Below, piece after piece: positions 17,832-28,520 of a stretch of 64,000 nt of DNA. Within the stretch, counting starts at the first letter, position 1. Every line of letters begins with the position of its first letter. The position numbers and the translations under genes are program-made. Source of the DNA: a virus; the IMG/VR virus record IMGVR_UViG_3300040801_001025, positions 1 through 64,000 of that record; one strand, written 5' to 3'. A model generated the notes under the pieces. The model ran no database searches. It saw nothing but the letters and a program-made list of their open reading frames with translations, and was not told the DNA's origin.

Positions 17832-19525
17832 TGAGTAGTATTACTGACGCACTAGACGCATTGCTTGATCCGGGTAACTGCCCGGTTGATGGCGACGGAA
17901 ATTTAATTCCGCCCCCAGCGGACGATGAGGTCGTGCGTCTGTGTCAGTCATTAAATCCCGGTATAGAATCGCCTGTTAACCAGCCTGATCCTGCATTTGA
18001 CTTAACGGCAAATGCAAATGATAGTGCCGTTATTGATAATTTTGTTTCAGAAACGCTTCAAGTTGGCGCAGCACCTATCAACGTTTACAAACTGCTAGGT
18101 GTGCATGAACAAGGCAGGTTACAGGATTTAACTGGAAATGGCACTGCTCTTTCTGGCGGTGATCATCCAAACTTTCCAAAAGAGAATGCGTTTGATAATT
18201 TCATTACACAATGGCGTTCTTCGCAAACTGGCACGGCTGTAATTGGTCAATCTTTTATTGGTTATGACTTTGGCGAGATTATTCTTGACAACGGTCGTTT
18301 GCGATACGGTACAGAGACATTCTTGAAGAATGATGTAGCATCTATTAGAATTCGTCAAGGATGCCGTAAAGAGAATCGCGCTACCAAAGCTCGTGTAGAA
18401 CGTTCTAGTGACGGTGTAAAGTGGTATGGTGTCGAGGTTATCGACCTCCCTGATTGTGAAGGAACAGTGACTGTGGGCTTTAGACGCAGTGTTCCGTCTC
18501 GTTTTTGGAGACTTCGCCCTGTGACTTTCAATGGTGGGCCTGAAGATGCATGGGAAATTCAAGTATTACAACTCATGGACTATGAAGCCACTCGTGTTTC
18601 TAATATTCAGGATAGAATCTTTTTAGAAAACCGAGACCGTGATTACGATGAGAATCCTATTCGAATGAAAGGTTCTTATCAGCCACAGGATATACAGGCA
18701 TTTATGAGTAAGCACGGCTTTGGCGGTCCAAACTCCCCGGACACATGGATCATTGAGGTTAGTTTTACAAATACTATTGGTCTATTGGGTAGACCTTTTG
18801 TTATTGGCGATATCTTGCAATTACCTAGTGAAACACAGTATACTGTCGATCTTGATCCTGTATTACGATATGTTGAAGTTCGAGATGTGGCATGGTCTAC
18901 AAACAGTTATACTCCGGGTTGGATTCCAACCATGCAAAGACTTATTGCTCGTCCTGTGATGGCATCTGTTGAAACTCAAGACATTCTTGGAAAGCTTACA
19001 GAAGATAGAGACGATCTTGGAACAGTTGATATTAATGACGGTAATCGTAATAAAGCATATAAAGATATCTTTGCGGAGTCGCAAACTATCGAAGCAGATG
19101 CTAACACCCGTGTTCCAGTTCGTGGTGAAGACTATGCTGATATTGGTAAAGTTCCAGAAGCATTTTATGAATTTGCGGAACAGGAAGGCAGCATTGAGGT
19201 AGCGCGTAGGATTGATAGAACCCGTGAGCATTTTGGTATCGATGCTATGCCACCAAACGGTGAACCATATACAGAGGGCGATACTTTCCCATCAAATCCG
19301 CGCGATGGTGACTATCATCGTTTAACATACACTAATATCAGAACGGGTATTCCGGCAAGACTCCATCGCTATTCAGAAGCTAAGGAAACATGGATATACT
19401 TGGAAAAAGATCGCCGTGCCGAATTTAGAAATACTAAACCGCAGTTTCAAGAACTTCTTGATCCTGACACATCAACAGTTACAAAGCCGCATGATAAGGA
19501 TGCATTCCTAGATGACGAAACGTAA
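17831..19525 (+). CDS. gp14: neck/head-completion protein gp14-like with an inserted discoidin-like domain
   Basis: IQD.IFLENRDRDYD, LGRP...GDI.QLP; insert with NAFD..TQWRS and SRFWRL. Confidence 0.65.
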   Translation: MSSITDALDALLDPGNCPVDGDGNLIPPPADDEVVRLCQSLNPGIESPVNQPDPAFDLTANANDSAVIDNFVSETLQVGAAPINVYKLLGVHEQGRLQDLTGNGTALSGGDHPNFPKENAFDNFITQWRSSQTGTAVIGQSFIGYDFGEIILDNGRLRYGTETFLKNDVASIRIRQGCRKENRATKARVERSSDGVKWYGVEVIDLPDCEGTVTVGFRRSVPSRFWRLRPVTFNGGPEDAWEIQVLQLMDYEATRVSNIQDRIFLENRDRDYDENPIRMKGSYQPQDIQAFMSKHGFGGPNSPDTWIIEVSFTNTIGLLGRPFVIGDILQLPSETQYTVDLDPVLRYVEVRDVAWSTNSYTPGWIPTMQRLIARPVMASVETQDILGKLTEDRDDLGTVDINDGNRNKAYKDIFAESQTIEADANTRVPVRGEDYADIGKVPEAFYEFAEQEGSIEVARRIDRTREHFGIDAMPPNGEPYTEGDTFPSNPRDGDYHRLTYTNIRTGIPARLHRYSEAKETWIYLEKDRRAEFRNTKPQFQELLDPDTSTVTKPHDKDAFLDDET

Positions 19526-19817
19526 GCCCACTGCGATGGAAGTTGTAAAGTGCATCCCTGATTTTATTACGGATGGATGTACAATGTCACCCGACTTAGA
19601 ATTCTCTGAGTTATGTAACCAGCATGATATTGATTATATTTCTGGACTTACAACTAGAGAAAAAGCTGATCGAAAACTACGAAAGGGAATCAAAAGAGCG
19701 GGATATCCCAGATTATCATGGGTATACTGGGCCGGTGTTCGCATTTTTGGCTGGATTCCTTATTACTTCGGAAAGTCATATGTTATTAGGAAGAAGAATC
19801 TAGAACGAAGGTCTTGA
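19512..19817 (+). CDS. prokaryotic phospholipase A2-fold-like small protein
   Basis: DGCT..P.....C..HD..Y....R..AD..L..., Y.GVR.FG. Confidence 0.5.
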   Translation: MTKRKPTAMEVVKCIPDFITDGCTMSPDLEFSELCNQHDIDYISGLTTREKADRKLRKGIKRAGYPRLSWVYWAGVRIFGWIPYYFGKSYVIRKKNLERRS

Positions 19818-19864
19818 TGCGACATACATAACCTGTTAGACTATACTGCCGATCAGGAGAACAA

Positions 19865-21367
19865 ATGTCAACAGCCAATTCTAAAAAACAACGATTACTA
19901 ATTCAAGACCTAATATCTAACCCTCTAATTTACACCCGATGCGCAAGTATTCTCGAACCTTCTTATTTCGATCAAGAGTATGAAGCAGTCGTTGCCTACG
20001 TTCATAAGTATTATGAAAAATACAAAGCTCTTCCTACTGTTGACCAGATTGATGCCGAGCTTGATATCGAACTTGAAGAAACGAAGAAAATGTCTGCTGA
20101 TCGCATTGAATCGACATGCGATGAGATTGAGAAATTTTGTAAAGAAACTGCCGTCAAAGATGCTGTGTATGCATCACTAGAAGACTTAGATGAAGGTCAA
20201 TATAGCAAGGTTCTGGATCGTGTGTCAAAGGCCGTCTCAGTGTCTCTACAGCGAGACATGGGTGTTAACGTGTGGGATGACCCGGAGAAGCGTCTACGAA
20301 GCCTTGTAGAGCACTACACGCCTATTCCTACAGGCATTGCAGGCTTGGACAAGCCTCTGGGCGGTGGTCTCATGCGCCAGCAGTTTACACTCTTCTCTGC
20401 GAATTCCGGTGGCGGTAAGTCTATCATGCTTTCTAACCTTGGCGCAAACTTTGCGCTAAGAAATTACAATGTTCTATATATCTCACTCGAACTTCCACCT
20501 GAGATGATCTTCCTACGTTTGGCTTCTATTATTACTGGACACGATGCATCTACATGGAAGGAAAATATTCCTACTATTGCAGCAGATATGAGTCTAAGAC
20601 ATAGTAATGGTGTTGGCTCGTACATGATTAAACGTTTACCTCAGCAGTCAACTCCGGCCGATGTTCGCTCATATCTTACTTACTATGGTATGGAATATGG
20701 GTATGCCCCTGATATACTGCTTCTAGACTACCTTGATTTGATGAGTCCCAATGGCGGTACTCGCAATATTGGAGTATTTGAGCAGGATAAATTCAAAGCT
20801 GAGCAGTGCTCAGAAATTCTAGTAGACTATGATTGCATTGGTGCATCTGCATCACAGCAGAACCGCGAAGGTCTAAGAATGGCTAGTCCCGACCAAGGCG
20901 TAATTGCTGGTGGTATCTCCAAGGTCAATACAGTCGACAACTACATTTCGTTGAACATGACGGATGAAATGCGTTTGCAAGGGGAAATGAATGCGTTCTT
21001 CCTTAAAACTCGTTCAAGTAGTGGTGTTGGCAAAGCGTCTATGTTACACTTCAACACAAATAACCTCCGCATCAGCGATCATGAAAAAGGTACACAAACT
21101 TCGGTCATGCCTACAGGTCGCAAAGAAGTTCCTGATTCTGTCAAGGAAATCATGGCAGCGGCGGCTGACCCCGATATTAAGGGGCTTCCGGGTGAAGAAC
21201 CGTTGGAACCTGAAACTGTCAAACATGATCCATTTACAGGGTTCTATGACGATGAACCGGAAGAAGTACAAGAAGATACTTTCAAAGAAGCAGAGCCAAT
21301 TCTACCAGTAGATACTTCACGAGGCGAAGCTTTGCTTAGACTGATGGATGAATTAAAAGGAGATTAA
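19865..21367 (+). CDS. gp41: replicative DnaB-like helicase
   Basis: ANSGGGKS Walker A, YISLE, LLDYLDLM, ASQQNR, KTR. Confidence 0.9.
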   Translation: MSTANSKKQRLLIQDLISNPLIYTRCASILEPSYFDQEYEAVVAYVHKYYEKYKALPTVDQIDAELDIELEETKKMSADRIESTCDEIEKFCKETAVKDAVYASLEDLDEGQYSKVLDRVSKAVSVSLQRDMGVNVWDDPEKRLRSLVEHYTPIPTGIAGLDKPLGGGLMRQQFTLFSANSGGGKSIMLSNLGANFALRNYNVLYISLELPPEMIFLRLASIITGHDASTWKENIPTIAADMSLRHSNGVGSYMIKRLPQQSTPADVRSYLTYYGMEYGYAPDILLLDYLDLMSPNGGTRNIGVFEQDKFKAEQCSEILVDYDCIGASASQQNREGLRMASPDQGVIAGGISKVNTVDNYISLNMTDEMRLQGEMNAFFLKTRSSSGVGKASMLHFNTNNLRISDHEKGTQTSVMPTGRKEVPDSVKEIMAAAADPDIKGLPGEEPLEPETVKHDPFTGFYDDEPEEVQEDTFKEAEPILPVDTSRGEALLRLMDELKGD

Positions 21368-21368
21368 C

Positions 21369-21665
21369 ATGGAATTAGAGTTACTGTTTTCGCCAACAGA
21401 AACCGTTACGATTACTATCGATGGTGAGAACTATGTAGTTTCAATTGATGAAGTTCGTAGAGATAACCCCGAGCTATATCAGACAGTTATGTACTATGAT
21501 AATGCTCGCAAAGAAGCAGCACGTCTACAGTACGAAAGCCGAAAGCTTACCGCAGCATTGACTTCCCTTAAAAATCAAGTCATGATGGGAACTAATGCTT
21601 ATGTCGTTGAAAAATATAAGCTTTCTAAAGAAGAATCATCTGAACAAGGAGAATCTGATGAGTGA
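21369..21665 (+). CDS. hypothetical protein
   Basis: SD AGGAG; ORF track. Confidence 0.7.
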   Translation: MELELLFSPTETVTITIDGENYVVSIDEVRRDNPELYQTVMYYDNARKEAARLQYESRKLTAALTSLKNQVMMGTNAYVVEKYKLSKEESSEQGESDE

Positions 21666-21948
21666 AGTATTGGATAACATCCTACCGCAACTTGATGAAA
21701 CTGAATATCGCGACATCGATGGTAGTGTGATTAGTGATTATTTTGAGGATGATCGTAGGGAATATGCTGAATATGTAGCACAAGCAGTTAGTCGGCTTTT
21801 TAGTTTTCAAGACTGGTATGAACAGACATATTCTAAACGACTCGATGAAGAACAACTTAAACTTTTTCTTGGCGAAGATTGCATGGATTTACTCGACACT
21901 GTTTATGATGGCGTTGAAACCGTGCTTCAGCAGAACAATCAGGCATAA
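21658..21948 (+). CDS. acidic hypothetical protein
   Basis: SD AGGAG before ATG21658. Confidence 0.65.
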   Translation: MSEVLDNILPQLDETEYRDIDGSVISDYFEDDRREYAEYVAQAVSRLFSFQDWYEQTYSKRLDEEQLKLFLGEDCMDLLDTVYDGVETVLQQNNQA

Positions 21949-21968
21949 ATAGTAATAATGAGGTAACT

Positions 21969-22430
21969 ATGTCTGATAAGAAAGTCATTAAGAAAATTGA
22001 ACATCCTCTCGAAGACTTCTTTGAGGTTGAGAAAGGTTCAACTGAAATAGAAGTCTACGAACGCAATACTGAAGTTGCCGAAGTGGAATCATACGATGAA
22101 AAAGATAAAGAAATTGAAGAGCAATTTCAAGAAGTCTATGATGCTGCTATGGATGTTCATGATAATCTGGCTGAAGAGATTCAGACGGTAGAAGGTAAGT
22201 ACAAAGCTCGTATTGGCGAAGTAGCTATCCAAAGCTTGAGTGCCGCACTGAACGCGGCCAAAGAGAAAGCCCGCCTCAAAGAGCACAAGGATAAGCTTGA
22301 AGTTAGTCCATCAGGCGACGCTTCTTCGGTTAATCCTAAGAACCAAACCATGGTAATTACTGACCGTAGTGCCTTTCTTGAGCAGCTTCGTAACATGAAA
22401 AAAGAGGGTGATACGAATGAGTCTACTTGA
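21969..22430 (+). CDS. probable terminase small subunit (gp16-like)
   Basis: Helical core with AR..EVA...L..AL.A; C-terminal I.DR..L; size fits. Confidence 0.55.
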   Translation: MSDKKVIKKIEHPLEDFFEVEKGSTEIEVYERNTEVAEVESYDEKDKEIEEQFQEVYDAAMDVHDNLAEEIQTVEGKYKARIGEVAIQSLSAALNAAKEKARLKEHKDKLEVSPSGDASSVNPKNQTMVITDRSAFLEQLRNMKKEGDTNEST

Positions 22431-23481
22431 AGAAATGACAAGCAACGAATACAACTCCGTATTCGATGAAGTAGCAGTTGTAGTGGTGGCTTATTGTTTA
22501 GCATCAGCATTTCTTGTAAAAAATAGGCAGTATCAAATATTGCCATCCCATTTCCTGCAAATGCTTAACTACATGGACCGTGATAGTGTTACTTTCACCA
22601 ACATGGAGACTGCTTCTAATACTTTCGATCTTATTACAGTCAATGTTGATGTTTCTGATGAAGCTCGACGTTTTATTATTGCAAATCTAACAGATCGAAA
22701 CGGTCCTCACTTCGCGCTCGTTCGCAACATTCTCAAGTATATCAATGAAGATCGTATTGTCAACGGTCTTGTATCTCAAATAACTAACAATGGTGTTCAA
22801 AATACCATAACAATCGACTCTGATTATATTGGTGGTGCTGGTCAAGGCACCGCTATTATGATCGACAATGAGTTAATCAATCTTAGCACAAGTATTGTGC
22901 CAATGATTAACCGACCAACACCATGCGTTGGCATTGGCCAAAATGATTTGGCTACTGATTATGGTTTTGAAGCTCAGCGTAATTTCATCCGTAGCAATTT
23001 TGACATTGACATTGGTTCTGATTCTTCGCTATACTATCAGCGTTGCCATAATAATGGCAGTCCTACATGCGATAGCATCGAAGATGCAACACGTTGTTTG
23101 TATGACGACGTATGTAAGCGAATCAATCAAGGCTATGCAGGTGCATTGGATACTTCTCCAATGGACAGTTATAAATCAAACGCACTAGCATGTGCTATGC
23201 GACAGTGCTACGGTGTAGAGCCAGATTGTGAGACAAACTGCGTTAGAATGAGTAGTCGCACAAGGGGATTCGACAGCTTTAATCCTTCTCACATGTCAGA
23301 AGAGCTTTACGATATGCCGATACAAGCAACATCAGCACCGATGGGCAATCCATCTATTGTGCTATCTAATAAAAACACAGGTCAGCAGTTATTCAAGACT
23401 CGCTTTAAAAAGGAGTCATACCCAAAGAACCTGACTGGTTATCGATACAAAATGTATTTTGAACCAGCAAGTCGAAAATAA
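22417..23481 (+). CDS. hypothetical Cys-containing protein
   Basis: ORF track; ATG22417 after GAGGG. Confidence 0.65.
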   Translation: MSLLEEMTSNEYNSVFDEVAVVVVAYCLASAFLVKNRQYQILPSHFLQMLNYMDRDSVTFTNMETASNTFDLITVNVDVSDEARRFIIANLTDRNGPHFALVRNILKYINEDRIVNGLVSQITNNGVQNTITIDSDYIGGAGQGTAIMIDNELINLSTSIVPMINRPTPCVGIGQNDLATDYGFEAQRNFIRSNFDIDIGSDSSLYYQRCHNNGSPTCDSIEDATRCLYDDVCKRINQGYAGALDTSPMDSYKSNALACAMRQCYGVEPDCETNCVRMSSRTRGFDSFNPSHMSEELYDMPIQATSAPMGNPSIVLSNKNTGQQLFKTRFKKESYPKNLTGYRYKMYFEPASRK

Positions 23482-23499
23482 AAACAATAAGGGACGCTT

Positions 23500-25200
23500 A
23501 TGCACAATAAAGACAATGAAACATTCATAGCACAATATAGAGCGGCCCTTGCCGCAAAACTTTCCCGTCAAGAGTTTGCGGAATACCTTGGCATTCTACC
23601 TGAAAGCGTTTTACGCAGACGACTAAGTATCAAAACTTCCACTGGCCTTGACCTCGCATTCCTTCCACATGAAGATAATTATTCCGGTGTTGATCTTGAT
23701 AAGATCACCGTCTTTGAAGAAAAATTCAAAGAACTTATTGAAAAGAATGCTGGTCCTAAGACTATCAAGAATAACGACAGACAAGGTGTGTACGTGTTCG
23801 TAGCTGCACAGAATGCAACGCCGGTACATGAAGGTTTCTGGGCGACTCTTTTACAGTATATTGAATGTCGTCACGGTGAACTCAACGTCATTCCGTATCG
23901 CTATAAAAACCCTACTTCCATTTACACAGAACACAGCAAAGAACTAGATTACTGGTGGCCGTGTCTTGAACCATATTTACTAGATCATAAGCTAAAGCTG
24001 TGCAAAGGTCTACAAATTCTTGGTCAGATCAAAATGCAGCCAACCGCGACCAATCCGTTGTCTGGATTCGATGGATTTACTGGCGAAGACTCTGCAATTC
24101 TTGGTCATCCGAAAGTTCAACTTCGTACCGTTGCAACGCCAAGTAAGAGACTTCCAAAAATTCTAGCAACGACAGGTGCATGTACTGTACCGAATTATAC
24201 TGATTCTAAGGCTGGACACAAGGGTAGGTTCCACCACAATCTCAGCGCATTAGTTGTTGAAGTTGATAATGACAAGTTCCATATTCGTCATATACATGGC
24301 GAGGACGATGGGTCGTTCTATGACCTTGATTACTATTATACGTCTACAGGTCGAACCAAATACGGTCGAACAGCCGGATTGGTTCCGGGTGATATCCATG
24401 CCGAGTTCTTGGATGAAAAAGTAGATCAGGCAACATTCCGTGGTTCCGATTCTATTATGGAAGTATTGAATCCAGAAGTTCTGGTAATACATGACGGCGA
24501 AGACTTTTATCGTCGTAACCATCATCACAAAAATAATGACATCCTCGCTTACGGTAAGCATCACTATGGGCGCAACAACGTAGAAGAAGGATTACAAATT
24601 ACGGCTGATTTCTTTGATAGGGTTTCACGTCCTGACACATTAACCTTGGCAGTTCGTGCAAATCATGACGAAGCTTTTGATCGTTGGCTACGTGATGCTG
24701 ATCCAAAGATTGATCCCGAAAACGCTAAATTCTATTACTATATGAAGTATCATCAGCTTGACAATGTTCAGAGAACTGCAACTGGTTTCAAAACTATCAA
24801 TGCTTTTGAATTCTGGGCAAAGAATCCGATGGATCAGCGTGGTATTACATCTGAGACTGTCAAGTTTTTGAAGCGTGATGAAAGCTTTGTGGTTGGTGGT
24901 ATCGAGATTGGTTTCCATGGCGACATTGGCAACAACGGTGGCCATGGTAGCTTGAAATCTTACACCAAGATTGGTCCAAAGGTAGTTATCGGCCACGGCC
25001 ATTCTCCGGGTATTGAAGATGGTGCATATCAGGTTGGTGTATCAGCTAGATTAGATTTAGAGTATGCCGTAGGACCGTCAGGATGGCTCCATACGCACTG
25101 TGTAATATACCCTAATGGCTCGCGTACCCTTCTCAATGTAATCAACGGAGAGTGGCGTGCAAGCTTCTATGACAGGGAAGATGAGCTTCTAGCTGCGTGA
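23500..25200 (+). CDS. T5 A1-like metallophosphoesterase/nuclease
   Basis: AQNATPVH, GDIH, NHD, HGD.G.NG, GHGHS, GPSGW..YPNG; N-terminal HTH-like segment. Confidence 0.7.
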   Translation: MHNKDNETFIAQYRAALAAKLSRQEFAEYLGILPESVLRRRLSIKTSTGLDLAFLPHEDNYSGVDLDKITVFEEKFKELIEKNAGPKTIKNNDRQGVYVFVAAQNATPVHEGFWATLLQYIECRHGELNVIPYRYKNPTSIYTEHSKELDYWWPCLEPYLLDHKLKLCKGLQILGQIKMQPTATNPLSGFDGFTGEDSAILGHPKVQLRTVATPSKRLPKILATTGACTVPNYTDSKAGHKGRFHHNLSALVVEVDNDKFHIRHIHGEDDGSFYDLDYYYTSTGRTKYGRTAGLVPGDIHAEFLDEKVDQATFRGSDSIMEVLNPEVLVIHDGEDFYRRNHHHKNNDILAYGKHHYGRNNVEEGLQITADFFDRVSRPDTLTLAVRANHDEAFDRWLRDADPKIDPENAKFYYYMKYHQLDNVQRTATGFKTINAFEFWAKNPMDQRGITSETVKFLKRDESFVVGGIEIGFHGDIGNNGGHGSLKSYTKIGPKVVIGHGHSPGIEDGAYQVGVSARLDLEYAVGPSGWLHTHCVIYPNGSRTLLNVINGEWRASFYDREDELLAA

Positions 25201-25244
25201 CACATTTAAAATAAAGGGCTAAATAGCCATAGGGAGAAATTTCT

Positions 25245-26843
25245 ATGGCTAGTAACTCTAAAGTAAAGACAGTTAAGAATAATCCGAATCTTAAAAGTGC
25301 GAATCAGGAAATTGAACTGACGTATGAACAGATTCAGGAATATGCGAAGTGTATGGATGACCCGATATACTTCATTAAAAAATATGTGTACATTACGCAC
25401 CCTGTACAGGGTCAGATCAAGTTTGATCTTTACGATTATCAAGAAGAGCTAGTCAAGAATTACCAGAATGAGAGAAACAATATTGTACTCTCGGCTCGAC
25501 AGACTGGTAAGACTGAAACATCCTCGGCCTATATGCTTTGGTTCTTATTATTCCAGAAGAAGAAAACAGTTCTTGTTGTTTCTAAGGATTTGGAGAGTGC
25601 CAAGGAAATTGTTAAGAAGGTTAAGGACGGATACGAACTCCTTCCACTTTGGCTAAAGCCGGGTATCGATCCAGACAACTGGAACAAAGAAGCAATTGAA
25701 TTCGACAATGGTTCTCGTCTAGTTGCTAGAACAACTTCTGATGGTTCTGGTCGTGGTTTGGCTATTTCTCTATTGTACTGTGACGAGCTTGCATTCGTTC
25801 GCCCGCATATTCAGGATCAATTCTGGGATGGTGTTTACCCTACATTGTCTACTGGTGGTTCATGTATTATCACTAGTACGCCAAACGGCGATACTAACTT
25901 GTTTGCTAAGCTTTGGAGGTCTGCTGAACTTAGTACTAAGCTAAAGGCAACAGAAACACCGGGCACCGAAGATTTGATGCCGTTCCATGCGACTCGTATT
26001 TATTGGGATCAGCCACCGGGCCGCGATGAAGCATTTAAGAAAGAGAAGATTGCTGTTCTTGGAGAGCGTAAGTGGCTTCAGGAATATGAATGCGAATTCA
26101 TCAGTAGTGACAATTCGCTATTTGACACTCGTGTTATTCAGGTTGAACAGCGTCGAGTAGAGAATATGAAGCCTGCTTTTGTTATCAACGGTGAGCAGGA
26201 ATTCTATAAGCCTATTTCACAGGGCATGACTTACATTGTTGGAGTTGACCCTGCAACTGGAACAGGTGAGGACTATTCTGTAATAGAAGTATTCGAATTC
26301 CCATCGCTAATTCAAGTAATGGAATATAGGGCTAACACTGTAAGTGAACATGTGTTATACTCGTATCTCAAGAAAGTACTTGGCTTCTTAGAACAATATG
26401 CAGAAGAGATTTATTTCAGTGTAGAGAATAACGGTGTTGGTCGTGCTATGTGTGCATTGTATATGCAGGACGAGCGGCCACCTCAATTCTCTCATTTCAT
26501 GTGTGAACGTGGTAAAAATAAGCTAGGTTATACAACTACGAATGCCACTAAGCGTGAAGCTGCCATAAGATTCAAGAACTTTTTTGAACGTCGCGAAATG
26601 ACAATTCTATCACCTATTCTATTCAAAGAAATGAAAAGCTATATTAGGAAAGGTGATGGATTTGAAGCGCAAACTGGTGCAACTGATGATTGCATATCCG
26701 CAGTATTCATCATAATGCGAATGCTAGACGACATTGCGATGTACAACCCCCGTGCTTATGACAAGCTTTATAAGTTTGGAGAACAGTCTCGTGGTGACGA
26801 ATGGTATACCAATGATGACTTTATTCCGGGTGGAATGCTATAA
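25245..26843 (+). CDS. gp17: terminase large subunit
   Basis: LYDYQ, SARQTGKT, LLYCDELAF, ITSTPNG, QEYECEF, GVDPATG, TDDCI. Confidence 0.95.
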   Translation: MASNSKVKTVKNNPNLKSANQEIELTYEQIQEYAKCMDDPIYFIKKYVYITHPVQGQIKFDLYDYQEELVKNYQNERNNIVLSARQTGKTETSSAYMLWFLLFQKKKTVLVVSKDLESAKEIVKKVKDGYELLPLWLKPGIDPDNWNKEAIEFDNGSRLVARTTSDGSGRGLAISLLYCDELAFVRPHIQDQFWDGVYPTLSTGGSCIITSTPNGDTNLFAKLWRSAELSTKLKATETPGTEDLMPFHATRIYWDQPPGRDEAFKKEKIAVLGERKWLQEYECEFISSDNSLFDTRVIQVEQRRVENMKPAFVINGEQEFYKPISQGMTYIVGVDPATGTGEDYSVIEVFEFPSLIQVMEYRANTVSEHVLYSYLKKVLGFLEQYAEEIYFSVENNGVGRAMCALYMQDERPPQFSHFMCERGKNKLGYTTTNATKREAAIRFKNFFERREMTILSPILFKEMKSYIRKGDGFEAQTGATDDCISAVFIIMRMLDDIAMYNPRAYDKLYKFGEQSRGDEWYTNDDFIPGGML

Positions 26844-26851
26844 ATACAAGT

Positions 26852-27385
26852 ATGACTAAATCAGTGTTGTTACCAGCGCGTATTTTACTAGAAACTTCTT
26901 ATAATACGCTATATACTAATACTACTCAGAACTTTAAGACGCCTCGCGATCAAAGTTCTGAGCGTGTTCAGGTGTTGAATAAAAGATTCATGCCTGCTCC
27001 TAGAAATCAAATTCTCGGAGTATTGGCAACAACACGAACGGACATTGAGAGATACAACACCAAGATGTATTTTCTCGGTGTTAATTATCTGGAACTAGAA
27101 GAGGATACTGATGGGTATTCTTTTACTGCTCCGGGTGGTCAAGACTACACAATTGAGCGTATCAACGAGAATTCGAATGATGTGCGAGTAGCGTGTACTT
27201 GTCTTGACTTTTACTATCGCTTTGCTCCTTGGAACTATAGCGATGGCAGTTTGCACGGTAATCCACCGCCGCCTTATGTTAAGACGACGGATAGAGAACC
27301 ATATAATCCAGATAAAATTCCGGGTTTGTGCAAGCATATGATTTCGCTGGCTAGTGAATTACGTGCCGATGGCATGTTTGAGTAA
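26852..27385 (+). CDS. SWIM-type zinc-finger protein
   Basis: CTCLDF...GLCKH; TATAAATA at 26839. Confidence 0.65.
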   Translation: MTKSVLLPARILLETSYNTLYTNTTQNFKTPRDQSSERVQVLNKRFMPAPRNQILGVLATTRTDIERYNTKMYFLGVNYLELEEDTDGYSFTAPGGQDYTIERINENSNDVRVACTCLDFYYRFAPWNYSDGSLHGNPPPPYVKTTDREPYNPDKIPGLCKHMISLASELRADGMFE

Positions 27386-27514
27386 ATAGCCGGTTGTAAA
27401 TTATACCGAGTGTTGCATAATAAGCCTCACTTGGACGCAAGACTAAGATGTAATAAGAAATGCAGAAATGCAAGAAAAGCTAAGACTATAATAAGAAAAT
27501 AGGAGAATTATAAG

Positions 27515-28471
27515 ATGGCTAGAGCAAGTTTGAAAGACCTTAAGGCGAAGTTGAAGAAAGAAAAAGAAGCTACTAAGAAAACCAGTGGTGGTGGCTTTTG
27601 GTATCCTCTCTGGGACTTGCCGCACGAAGGTAAAACCTCCATCCGTATCCTCGAAGACCCGAACGAAGATAACGATCTGTACTACTACTTGCAGTATCTT
27701 GAGCATAATATCGAGATTGACGGCAAGTGGGAACGCATCCCGTGTCCTAAGACGTGGGGCCAACATAACGAATGCCCAATCTGCGAATTGTCTGCTAAGA
27801 TGTATGCAGCCAAGAAGCCAGAAATCGGCAAGTACTACTACCGCAATCTCTACACCATTGTCCGTGGTTTGATCACCAAAGACGGTCTAGTGTACGAAGA
27901 TGAAAGCGATGATGCAACTGGTACGGTTCGTCCGTTCAAGTTCTCCTATCAGCTTTCTCAGAAGCTCAAGAATGATGCAGACCAATTCATTGAAGAAAGT
28001 GATGAAGACGATGCTCCGTTCTATGATCTAGATGCAGGTATTGATTTCGTTATCAAGAAGATCGTTACTTCTGATGGTAAGAAAGAGTTTCCGAAGTACG
28101 ACATTGGTAGTGGATTCGCATTGAAGCCGAAGAAGATTCCTGATGCATTGCAGAAGAAAATTGGTGAACTCGAACCACTCGCTGCATTGCTGCCGCCTCA
28201 GCCAACCTATGATGAAGTTCATGCAAAGCTTGAAGCTCATCAGAACGTTGTTGGTAGTGATGAAGATGATGACGATGACGTAGCCTCTGATGAAGACATT
28301 GAGGCAATGATCAACCGTCAGCGTAATACTGTCGATGACGATGACGACGATAATGAAGTCGAGTCGTTGACTGAAGATGATGACGACGTTGATGTATCCG
28401 CACTGTTGGATGACGACGACGATGATGACGATGGTCTAGATGCACTAGCTAAGTTAGCAGCAGAAGACTGA
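27515..28471 (+). CDS. gp32: single-stranded DNA-binding protein
   Basis: IRIL, H...CP..W...CPIC zinc site, G.DF.IKK, very acidic tail; upstream of UvsX. Confidence 0.85.
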   Translation: MARASLKDLKAKLKKEKEATKKTSGGGFWYPLWDLPHEGKTSIRILEDPNEDNDLYYYLQYLEHNIEIDGKWERIPCPKTWGQHNECPICELSAKMYAAKKPEIGKYYYRNLYTIVRGLITKDGLVYEDESDDATGTVRPFKFSYQLSQKLKNDADQFIEESDEDDAPFYDLDAGIDFVIKKIVTSDGKKEFPKYDIGSGFALKPKKIPDALQKKIGELEPLAALLPPQPTYDEVHAKLEAHQNVVGSDEDDDDDVASDEDIEAMINRQRNTVDDDDDDNEVESLTEDDDDVDVSALLDDDDDDDDGLDALAKLAAED

Positions 28472-28478
28472 TCACTTC

Positions 28479-28510
28479 GGGGGAGGGCAACCTCCCCCAT
28501 CTTTTCTTTG
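28479..28510 (+). terminator. probable terminator
   Basis: GGGGAGG-GCAA-CCTCCCC followed by a T-rich run. Confidence 0.65.
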
Positions 28511-28520
28511 AGGAACAAAT

